A stretch of DNA of 64,000 nucleotides, from the NCBI RefSeq assembly GCF_020745735.1, contig NC_083446.1, positions 29,797,493 through 29,861,492 on the forward strand. Reading direction: 5' to 3'. A program made the position numbers and the translations under genes. Each line of letters begins with the position of its first letter. The first letter of the stretch is position 1. Below, piece after piece: positions 14,141-23,405 of the stretch. Source of the stretch: Hemiscyllium ocellatum. Taxonomy: Eukaryota. The notes below the pieces were generated by a model that made no database searches, was not told where the DNA came from, and saw only the letters and a program-made list of their open reading frames with translations.

Positions 14141-14503
14141 TTTTAATAAAAAGTGTTCAGTGCCAGAGCTAGCCTAATGAATGACACAATGATACTAACG
14201 TCAGAGCAGAAGGAGGGCACTCAGCCCCTTGAGCTGTTCCACCACTTACTTAGATCATGGTGCATCTGCGACCTAACTCCATAGGCCTCCTTTTGGCTAA
14301 AACTCTTTACTACCTTTGATTAACAAGCAAAAATATCCCAGATTTACTGATTCGACTGCCCATAACAAAGGGAGACGCCATTTCTGAAAGACATTTCTGT
14401 GAGTATTTAAAGTCACACAATGAGGCTGGAATTAATTGCTCATGAAAGTAAGCTTTAAATATCTGACAATTTCCAATTCAAACAGCCCAATCGTCGGTTC
14501 AAT

Positions 14504-14780
14504 GGTGGCATGGCGGCACAGTGGTTAGTACTGCGTTCAATTCCCGCCTCAGGCAACGGTTTGCATGGAGTTTGCACTCTCTCTCCGTGTCTGAGTGGGT
14601 TTCCTCCTACAGTCGAAAAATGTACAGGTTGGGTGAATTGGCCATACTAAATTGCCCGTAGCGTTAGGTGAAGAGGTAAATGTAGGGGAATGAGTCTGGT
14701 TGTGTTGCTCTTCGGAGGGTCAGCGTGGACTTGTTGTGCCGAAGGGCCCGGTTCCACACTGTAAGTAATCTAAATCTAAT
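14504..14780 (+). mobile_element. tRNA-derived V-SINE (HE1-like), internally deleted head
   Basis: GGCACAGTGGTTAG box A, GTTCAATTCC box B, GGTGAATTGGCCATACTAAATTGCCC central domain, LINE-like tail. Confidence 0.85.
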
Positions 14781-14985
14781 AATATGATATTTCTTTTTTC
14801 CAGGAAAGTAAAATGAGCGATTGCCTTGTTAAAAATGAGGGAAGCTTCACTCCCATTATGTGATTATGAAATAGTTCTGTTAGTTCAGTGAAACACAATC
14901 AAACCACACAGAAGGAAACCATTCAGCATGTCATCTTGTGTGGGCACACAAGTTCCTCAAATAATTTTCAATTCTTTCCGAAGTT

Positions 14986-15290
14986 ATTTGCATCTCTAGA
15001 CAGGTGTGGAAGTGCCAGGCTTTTACTATCTCCTTAAGAAACCAGTTGTCATCAGCTTACTTGAATTGCTGAAGATGGTGTAGTATTAGCACACTCACAG
15101 CGCCGTTAGAAAGTGAGTCCCATGGCTTTGATCGAGGACGAGGAAAGGGGCAGGGATATAGTTGAGAGTCAAGTTGAAGTCTAATTTGGAGGAAAGCTCT
15201 CAGGTGAAGCATTTACATGCACGTGCACTCTTATCTTCAAAGATCACAGTTTTGGAACATGCTGCTGAAGGGACAGGTCAGCATGCAAAT
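14986..15290. promoter_or_regulatory. Two consensus octamer sites (ATTTGCAT 14986-14993, ATGCAAAT 15283-15290) with CAGGTG E-boxes (15001, 15201); candidate IgH intronic enhancer
   Basis: Motifs read directly, about 4 kb 5' of Cmu1. The sequence between them resembles a decayed L2-type repeat. Function is inferred. Confidence 0.35.
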
Positions 15291-15399
15291 TAGAAGCTGA
15301 AGAAGGCACCTCGGCGCCTCTGGAATGCTATTCCATTCATGGGATCATTATAAATCCTGCTGCTCACCAGTCTTTCCAACACCCGATAACATTGAAACT

Positions 15400-16170
15400 G
15401 ATTGTTTACTGTTCAACAAAAGAATGGTGAACCTTTGGAATTCTCCACCACAGAAATTGATTCAGGTCAAAACGTTAAAAGATTTCAAGAAGGAGATAGA
15501 TTCCTTCAATCCTTAAAAGAAAATACTATTGATATTTGGAAGAAATGTTGAGCAGGGGTACAATATTGGTTGAGATCCATGAAAACATTGAATGAGGAAT
15601 GGTTGGTATGTTTGTGCATGACCTCAAAATTGGTGCTATAATGGGCAGTGAAGTTTATCTCCAAGTAAAACGAGATCTTGATCAGACTGGCCAATGAGCT
15701 AAAGAGTGACAAATGGAGTTTAATTTAAGTGAATATGATGTATTGCTTTTTGTGAAGATAAATCAGGTCGCAACTTAGAGTTAATGGTACGGCATTGGAT
15801 AGTATTGATGAACAGAGAGACTTGGGGGTTCAGACACAGAGATTCTTGAAAACATTGACTCAAGTAGCTAGCATTTTGAAGGTGTTTGACCATGTTCCTT
15901 CGTTGGTCTGAACATTGAATGCAGAGGTTAGGACTTCATGGTGCAACTGTAAAACACAGTGGAATGAACTGTCAGAGGCTGTGGCAAATTCAGAGAGTGT
16001 TACAATATTCAGAAGACATTGGGCCAGGTACAGGAACTGGATCGGTCTGGATCGATATGGACCAAGGGCAGGCAAATAGAATTAGTTTCATTTGGGAACT
16101 CTGTTCAGAATGGATGGGCTGGGCCAAAGGGACTGTTTCTGTGCAGTATGACTTTACAATTCTCTGATTT
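15400..16170 (+). mobile_element. Degenerate CR1 3' fragments
   Basis: Decayed RT C-terminal and 3' tail motifs (GAACAGAGAGACTTGGGGGTTCAG; GGGCTGGGCCAAAGGGACTGTTTCTGTGCAGTATGACT). Confidence 0.7.
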
Positions 16171-16430
16171 CGTGTGGAATAGGCTCGAACGTTGAAGGTG
16201 GTGAGCTAGTGAGGGGATAGAGTGAGAATATGGGAGAATTTAAGGAAGGCTGTGAGGTGTTGGGCGACAGCTGGGAAAGCTTGTGTGCACCTCATCTGAC
16301 AAGGTGGCATCAAGGTAAATGGTAATCGTCACAGGATAATTTGGTCAAATCGTGCTTGGTAGGTGAGGGGGAGTTTGAGTCTGAAACGCAGAAGGTTTGT
16401 CTTTGACAAGCTTGCTAGTGGAGCGATCAA

Positions 16431-16816
16431 CAGTGTGCCAGGCTGGTTAGTGGAGACCTGGTCTTGGTACAAGGCTGGTTAGAGCAGAATTGGACAGGGT
16501 GCCAGGATGGTTAGTGGAGACATCAGCAGGTTGTCAGGCTGGTTGATGTAGAGATTGACAGGGTGGCTGGCTGGTTAGTGTAGAGGTTAGCAGGGTGCCT
16601 AGCTGGTCGGTGTAGAGATTTACAGGGTGGCCGGCTGGTTAGTGTAGAGGTCAGTAGGGTGTGAGGCTGGTTAGTGTAGAGGGTGACAGGGTGCCAAGCT
16701 GGTTTGTGGAGAGATCGTCAGGGTGCCAAGCTGGTTGGTGTAGAGTTAGGCATGGGATCTGGCTGTTTAGCGTAGAGGTGAGCAGAGTGCCAGGCTGTTT
16801 CAGGCGTAGAAGGTCA
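16431..16816 (+). repeat. G-rich minisatellite, 12 x 32 bp, consensus about CAGGGTGCCAGGCTGGTTAGTGTAGAGRTTAG
   Basis: Units phase exactly at 32 bp from 16431 (unit 12 starts at 16783); strongly G-biased on the + strand. Confidence 0.95.
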
Positions 16817-17720
16817 CTGTATGAAAAGGCAGGTGGACATGCTGTCAAAATGCAAAGCTTGGAGTCTGGGCAAAATGGCAGCTGGTAAAGGACAAGTGCG
16901 AAGGGAGCTAGGATACAATGTGCACAGGTTGACCTGGGAATGATGAGAGGCCAGTGACCAAGGGATGAAGTCATGTCTCGCGTAGTGGGCTTCTGTCAGA
17001 GGTTGTGAAAATGATGGTGACACGTCCAGTAGGGCTATATTCGCCATGCGCCAGGTGCAGGGTGGCAGGAGTGGAAATGAGTGAAAGGAATTGAGATTAT
17101 ATGTCCATCTGGAACTCCGAACATTACAGAAAACATTACAGCGCAGTATATACCCTTCACCCCTCAATGTTGCACTGATAGGGGGCACAATCTGAAGCCT
17201 ATCTAACCTACACTTTTCTATTTTCGTCCATATGTTTATCTAATGACCATAAAATACCCTTAATGTTGACGAGTCTACTACTGTTGCAGGCAGTGCATTC
17301 CACACCCCTACCACTCTCTGAGTAAGAAATTACCGCTGACATCTGCCCCATATCTATTGCCTCTAATTTAAAGCTATGTCCCCTCGTCCTCGCCATCACC
17401 ATCTGAGGAAAAAGCTCTCACTGTCCTCCCTATCTAATCCTCTGATTATCTTATATGTCTCAATTAAGTCAACGCTCCACCTTCTTCTTGCGAACAAAAA
17501 CGGCCTCAAGTCCCTCAGCCTTTCTTCATGAAACCATGTTTCCAAACCAGACAACAGCCTAGTAAATCTCCTCTGAACCCTTCGCAAAGCTTCCACATCC
17601 TCCCTCTAATGCACTGACCAAAACTGTATGCAATACTCCAAGAGCGGCAACACTAGAGTTTTATACAGCTGCTGAATAACCTCGTGACTCCAAAACTCAA
17701 TCCCTCTACCAATGAAAGCT

Positions 17721-17805
17721 AACAGGAAATTCGACGTTTCGGGCCAGCTCCCTTCATCAGGAATCCTGATGAAGGGCTCTGGCCCGAAACGTCGAATTTC
17801 CTGTT
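17721..17805. ncRNA. Head-to-head pair of minimal type I hammerhead ribozyme motifs (41-bp arms, 3-nt loop)
   Basis: + strand: CTGATGA 17766-17772, stem II GGGC-TCTG-GCCC, GAAAC, GTC site 17791-17793. The minus strand carries the same core; arms are 39/41 complementary. Confidence 0.75.
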
Positions 17806-17891
17806 CCTTGGATGCTGCCTAACCTGCTGTGCTTTACCCAGAAACACGTTTTCAGCTGTGATCTCTAGCATCTGCAGACCTCACTTTTTAA
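17725..17891 (+). mobile_element. 167-bp non-coding Penelope pLTR-derived mini-insertion with 14-bp TSD
   Basis: TSD AATGAAAGCTAACA at 17711-17724 and 17892-17905; the body matches the pLTR at 34142-34271. Confidence 0.85.
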
Positions 17892-18580
17892 AATGAAAGC
17901 TAACACCCAGTATGCCTTCTTAGCAACCATAGCAACCTGGGTGACCGCTTTTAGTGATCTACGTACATGGACACAGAGATCTCTTTGCTCATGTACACTA
18001 TCGAAATGGACTGCCTTGGATGTGTGTCTTGTGATGAGGATTGCGTGTTCCGTGTGTGACTAGGTATGTAGCAGGGTACAGTTTGTCAATGCGAGTTGAA
18101 ATTTAGGTCTCAGCAGAGAGTAAAAGCGGTGGTTAGTCTGAGAGATGTGTTTTGGAGGTGAACTGCATGTCTGGTTGATAGTCATTCAAGTTAAAGAGTA
18201 CATGTTAACTTTTCAAATCCTATCTAAGTTAATACTCAGCTCAGCTAGCTGTAACACTCCAAACTCTCGGAACCGTAATGGTCCTCCATTTTTCAGAGGC
18301 TTCCAAAATTCAGTAAATTGTAAATAAGAAGTTTCCACTTCAGACAATTGGCATGAAGTCAGCTGTAACAGCTATCTTCCCAGTCCCAATGCTCAGCTCC
18401 TGCCTGTGCTGCTGCTGCAGTGACCTTCTTCTCACAGAGAACATACTGCCTTGCATTGATAAGTGAAGAAGGCTCACCGGACCCGGTTCCCTCTGGTTCT
18501 CCCCACAGAAGCTGCCAGCTGGTTGGTTATTCCAACAATTGCCGTTTTTGTTTCTGAATTCCAGCAGCACAGTGCACAAT

Positions 18581-18935
18581 GCGGCAGCACCGTGGCTCAG
18601 TGGTTAGCACTGCTGCCTCACAGACCCAAGGAACCTGATTCGATTCTAGCCTCGAGCCACTATCTTTGTTGAGTTTGCATGTTCTCCCCGTGTCTGCGTG
18701 GGTTTCCTCCGGGTGCTCCAGTTTCCTCCCACAGTCTAAAGATATGCAGGCTGGGTAAATTGGGCATGCTAAATTGTCCGTAGTATTCAGGGATTGGGAG
18801 GTTAGGTGCATTAGTCAAGGTTAAATGTAGAGTAGTAGGGTAGCGAAATGGGTCTGGATGAGTTACTTTTCAGAAGGTGTGTGTGGACTTGTTGGGCCAA
18901 ATGACCTGTTTGTACACACTGTAGAATTTCTATGA
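18581..18935 (+). mobile_element. V-SINE (HE1-like), full length
   Basis: Box A GTGGCTCAGTGGTTAG, box B GATTCGATTCT, central GTAAATTGGGCATGCTAAATTGTCC, LINE-like tail. Confidence 0.9.
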
Positions 18936-19274
18936 AGCTGCATTTCCTTGGCTTGTATTTTGTGAAACCACTCTGCTTTTCACTTGCAATCCAATGAAAA
19001 CGTCAATTGGTGAAATTTTCAAGCAGTTACTGTTTGTGTGATTAGGATGTTCTTCCAAAATTATATGGTCATGGTTAAGTTCGAGGGCATGTTTCTGAAG
19101 AGGAAACTGATCGATCATGATCATCAATTGGTAGGAAAGAAAAATAAACTCCAGTTATGCTGTAGACTTCAGCGGGAGCATACTGGCAAACATTTACATC
19201 TGAGAACACATTTGAGCAACTGGTAAGGTCAAATTAATAGAAATTAACAGGCTCAATTTGTCATTCTATCGTAG

Positions 19275-19562
19275 ACACACCGTCTCCCCACCCCCCGCTT
19301 TATGGTCTTGTCTCCTCCTGTCAGGAGCACAACATCGGTTCTATCATCTTTGGTTGTTTGGCGATGGATTATCCCTCTGACTTCACCAAGGTAACCTGGA
19401 AAAAAGGTGGGGAGCTGATCACGACTGGATTGAAGGCTTTCCCATCAGTGAGAAACAAGAAGGGAGCTTACACCCTGAGCAGCCAGTTGAACCTGCCCAG
19501 CAAAATCTACTGTGAGGTTCAACACAAAGGGTCACACAAGAGCAAAGAAATGCCATGTCCAG
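19275..19562 (+). pseudogene. ighm: IgM heavy chain Cmu1 exon (open reading frame, phase 1/1, 288 nt)
   Basis: TAG|AC...CCA G|GTAAG. Translates [95 protein letters not shown], matching shark IgM CH1 as recalled. Confidence 0.95.
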
Positions 19563-19629
19563 GTAAGTGTTGTGGGAACTGAGATAAACAGAGCATCTAG
19601 GATTAACATAAATAAGGCATTATTTATAA

Positions 19630-20530
19630 CAGTTTTCACAGAATCACCTTATACAGAACACGAAAAAGGCCCTTTGATCCATCCAGTTCACGCCTACCAA
19701 TAACAGCCACCGAACTATCCCAGTCTCATGTGCCAGCACATGATCCATTGCCTTGTGTGATTTGCCCTTCCAAGGATGCATCTCAGTACTTTATACTTAT
19801 TATGAGGGGCTCAGTCTGTACAAGACTTATACGTATTGAGCTCCAGACTAACACCATTCTCTGTTGGATTTTGTTTTCCCCTGAGATCCACTTGGAATCT
19901 CCTGGCCTTACCTTCACCCTGTGCCCCTGAGGCATCGATCTCTCCATCAAGGGGAAAGGTTTCATCCAGTTTACCTTGTCTGGAATGATTTTAGGCACAG
20001 ACATCGCAATCATCTTCTCCCTAATTCTCCTCTGCTCCAAGGAAAATCCCTATATATCTAATCTAGTTTCATAACTAAAACCCTCCAACCCAAGCAAGAC
20101 CCTGGCAAATCTCATCAATACTGCCTTCATTGCAATTAATGTCCTTCGATAACATGCACATAACGCTTCAGTATGGCCTAACCAGTGTTCTATTAAGTTC
20201 CAGTATCACCTCCCTAATCTTCATTGACAATGCCTTGGCTAATAAAAACAAATATCCTCCCACATTCTTAGCCTCTTTTTCCAGACGACACAGTACTATA
20301 GGGGATGTGTGGGTACATGTAGCAAAGATCCTCAGTCCTTTCCAGGGTTCCACCATTCAAAACGGCATGCCTCACAGAGTATTCTGCCGAATTGCTTCAC
20401 CTTACGTTTATCTAGAATAATTTTCATTTGCAACTTCTCTTCACATACAACCAACCCTTGTATATCCTCCTGCAATCTTAAGCCATTATGCTCATGACTT
20501 ACCAACATGATAGTTTCATTTCATCTGTGA
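19630..20530 (-). mobile_element. Decayed CR1 3' fragment in the Cmu1-Cmu3 intron
   Basis: Minus ORFs 20168-20356 (ELNRTLVRPY) and 19783-20040 are CR1 RT C-terminal remnants. Confidence 0.8.
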
Positions 20531-20904
20531 CTTCACTGGTTCATCCTCCTAAATTTGAGTCTCAATAGATGGTGTGAAGTGAGAGACAAACTCAGAAAGA
20601 AAGTTCTTTCCATGGGTTATTTCCATGGGTTACATGATGGTATCTTCGAGGATTTTACTTTTTTCACTGGTTTCACTTGTTACAAAGCCAGTGTTCTTTT
20701 GAAATAATTGCACAGGGTATGTCATAGGTAATCGCAAATGCTTTCACAAATCAAAATACATCAACAATAGTAAGCATCGTTTCAGCAATAGTTGGAGTTG
20801 CCGTTTTGAAAATGGTTTCTTCACCCTTTGAAGAAGTAATCTGAAGATTGGGTGTTTTTATCATAAAGAGACATTTTTCATTTACTTTGATCTTTGTTTC
20901 ATAG

Positions 20905-21201
20905 AAGACACCAAGTGCCATGCCAACACCGTTAAAATCCTCCCGCCGCCAGTAGAACAAGTCTTACTGGAGGCGTGGGTGACCTTAACCTTCATTGTGT
21001 CCAATCTTCCTTCTGGAGTCAACGTGACCTGGATACAAGAAAAGAAGCCTGTGAAATCAGAGATTGCTGACCAGCCTGGACAGAATCCTGACAGCGTGAT
21101 CTTCAAATGAGACATTTTTGATGAAGCCTGTCTGAGTGGCGTTACTATTGAATGGGTGGTGCACCATCAGAATCGAGCGACTCCGCTGAGAAAGGTGAGC
21201 G
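20905..21201 (+). pseudogene. ighm: IgM Cmu3 exon, disabled
   Basis: TAG|AA GAC...; translates [96 protein letters not shown]. In-frame TGA at 21108-21110; both canonical Cys are lost. Two possible donors, after 21194 (phase 0) or 21201 (phase 1). Confidence 0.93.
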
Positions 21202-21578
21202 GTGAGATTAAAACACAAAGGATCCCACATGTAATCCAGATCCAGTTACATCAATGGCAGGCTTTGATTGGTAACGAACAAACACCGTTGGGAGCATTAA
21301 TGATGTATCTGATTGTTGGATAGCTAAGTAGCTGATTAAGAAAAGACTGACCAAAGGATATTGTCTTCTTATTAAATCAGATAAGGTGGGAAGAAGCCTG
21401 GGTTGTGACGTCACCATCAGCAATGACAGTTGGACAGAATGCCCTTGTTGTGGAGTGGAAACATGGAGGCAACTTTCACAGTAAACATTACTTTTAACAA
21501 TGAACAGAATGCGTACCATTCTGCTCCATTAGGAAACGAGAGTGAATAAACCCCAAATTAAAAATGGTGTATTTTAAT

Positions 21579-22583
21579 TGTTGTGGTTCTGCTCGCCGAG
21601 CTGGAAGTTTTTGCTGCAAACGTTTCGTTCCCTGGCTAGGGAACATCATCAGTGCTGTTGGAGCCTCGTGTGAAGCGCTGCTTTGATGTTTCTTCCGGTA
21701 TTTATATTGGTTTGTTCTTGCCGCTTCCGGGTGTCAGTTTCAGCTGCAGTGATTTGTATGTGGGGTCCAGGTCGATGTGTCTGTTGATGGATGTTCTTGC
21801 CGTTTCCGGGTGTCAGTTTCAGCTGTAGTGGTTTGTATATGGTGTCCAGGTCAATGTGTCTGTTGATGGAGTTTGGGGATGAATGCCATGCTTCTAGGAA
21901 TTCTCTGGCTGTTCTCTGTCTGGCTTGTCCTATGATAGTGGTGTTTTCCCAGTCAAATTCATGTTGCTGGTTGTCTGAGTGTATGGCTACTAGAGATAGC
22001 TGGTCGTGTCGTTTTGTGGCTAGCTGATGTTCATGGATGCGGATTGTTAGCTGTCTTCCTGTTTGTCCTATATAGTGTTTTGTGCAGTCCTTGCATGGTA
22101 TTTTGTAAACTACGTTAGTTTGGCTCATGCTGGGTATTGGGTCCTTTGTTCTAGTGAGTTGTTGTCTGAGCGTGGATGTTGGCTTGTGTGCTGTTATGAG
22201 TCCTAAGGGTCGCAGTAGTCTGGCTGTCAGTTCTGAGACGCTCCTGACGTATGGTAGAGTGGCTAGTCCTTTTGGTTGTGGCATGTCCTCGTTCCTCGGT
22301 CTATCTCTTAGGCATCTGGTGATAAAGTTGCGTGGGTATCCGACACATCGACCTGGACCCCACATACAAATCACTGCAGCTGAAACTGACACCCGGAAGC
22401 GGCAAGAACAAACCAATATAAATACCGGAAGAAACATCAAAGCAGCGCTTCACACGAAGCTCCAACAGCACTGATGATGTTCCCTAGCCAGGGAACGAAA
22501 CGTTTGCAGCAAAAACTTCCAGCTCGGCGAGCAGAACCACAACAACGGATACCCGAGCTACAAATTTTCAATCAGATTTTAAA
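21579..22583 (-). mobile_element. 5'-truncated Penelope-like element (GIY-YIG endonuclease) with 203-bp inverted pLTR arms and 13-bp TSD, in the Cmu3-Cmu4 intron
   Basis: ORF 21649-22440 contains VVYKIPCKDC...YIGQTGR...IHEH...REFLEAWHS. Arms 21579-21781 and 22342-22544; TSD GGTGTATTTTAAT at 21566-21578 and 22584-22596. Confidence 0.95.
22468..22507 (+). ncRNA. Minimal hammerhead ribozyme motif in the pLTR (mirror copy on minus at 21616-21655)
   Basis: CTGATGA 22471-22477, stem II GTTCCCT-AGCC-AGGGAAC, GAAA 22497-22500, palindromic AACGTT stem III, short stem I GCA/TGC. Confidence 0.75.
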
Positions 22584-22665
22584 GGTGTATTTTAATATTT
22601 AGTAAAATTGTAATATTGGTACTGGACTTTTTTGGATGATTTCTATTTTCTCAAATATTCTGCAG

Positions 22666-23057
22666 TGATTAATCCGCTGGAGCCATCAGTGTCGGTCCTC
22701 CTGCCACCAGCAGAAGAAATCTCCGCTTAGAGGCACCTCTCCCTCACCTGTTTAGTGAGAGGTTTCTCCTGCAGAGAGATCTTCGTCAACTGGACAAACA
22801 ATGACAAGCCGGTGAATCCCAGTAACTACAAGAACACCGAGATGGTGGCGGAGAATGACAAAACCTCCTTCCTATTCTACAGCTTGTTATCCATTACAGC
22901 GGAGGAGTGGGCCAGCGGTGCTTCTTACTCCTGTGTGGTGGGACATGAAGCGATTCCATTGAAGATGTTCAACAAAACAGTCGATAAATACAGCGGTAAA
23001 CCGATTTTCGTAAACATTTCACTTGCACTGATGAACACTGTTAATTCATGTCAATAA
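22666..23057 (+). pseudogene. ighm: IgM Cmu4 exon plus secretory tailpiece, one nonsense codon
   Basis: CAG|TG ATT AAT; translates [32 protein letters not shown]...[21 protein letters not shown]...[23 protein letters not shown] at 22728-22730; internal TM donor G|GTAAA after 22995; tail NIS sequon and penultimate Cys are kept. Confidence 0.96.
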
Positions 23058-23113
23058 AAATCTCAAAGTTGCATTTAATAATTCAACAGAAGTACTAACG
23101 TTTTTTGTTTCCT
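23053..23113 (+). terminator. Secretory-form poly(A) signal overlapping the stop codon, with downstream GT/T-rich element
   Basis: AATAAA 23053-23058 overlaps TAA 23055-23057; GTTTTTTGTTT at about 23100-23110. Confidence 0.55.
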
Positions 23114-23179
23114 CCAGTTGTGAGTTAACTACGTAATTAATTTTTCCCACTCTGACTTACATTCCAACTGTGTAGTTAA

Positions 23180-23405
23180 AGTGGGTTAAGTTAATGCGGA
23201 GGCATTTCTTCAGCCAGAGAGTGATGGGCCTGTGGAATTCATTGCCACAGGGTGCAGTGGAGGCCGGGACGCTAAATGTCTTCAAGGCAGACATTGATAT
23301 ATTCTTGTTTTCTCGAGGAATTAAGGGCTACGGGAAGAACGCTGCTAAGTGGAGTTGAAATGCCCATCAGCCATGATTGAATGGCGGAGTGGACTCGATG
23401 GGCAA
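23180..23405 (+). mobile_element. Short CR1 3' end, same subfamily as 12560-12790
   Basis: CATTTCTTCAGCCAGAG...GGAATTAAGGGCTACGGG...ATGATTGAATGGCGGAGTGGACTCGATGGGC. Confidence 0.9.

Larger units (their letters stand above)
17105..18005 (-). mobile_element. CR1 3' fragment, interrupted by a 167-bp insertion
   Basis: Minus ORFs 17396-17596 (EALRRVQRRFTRLL.GL) and 17208-17402 (ARTRGHSFKL). Confidence 0.9.

Noticed and set aside
16431-16816. Regular 32-bp periodicity as a CRISPR array
   Set aside because: Units are contiguous with no unique spacers, there are no cas genes, and the DNA is vertebrate.
18568-18574. CACAGTG heptamer as an RSS
   Set aside because: No ACAAAAACC-like nonamer at 12 or 22/23 nt and no adjacent V/D/J coding sequence.
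22127-22474. 115-aa plus ORF sharing its C-terminus with the minus Penelope ORF
   Set aside because: By-product of the inverted pLTR arm, not an independent gene.
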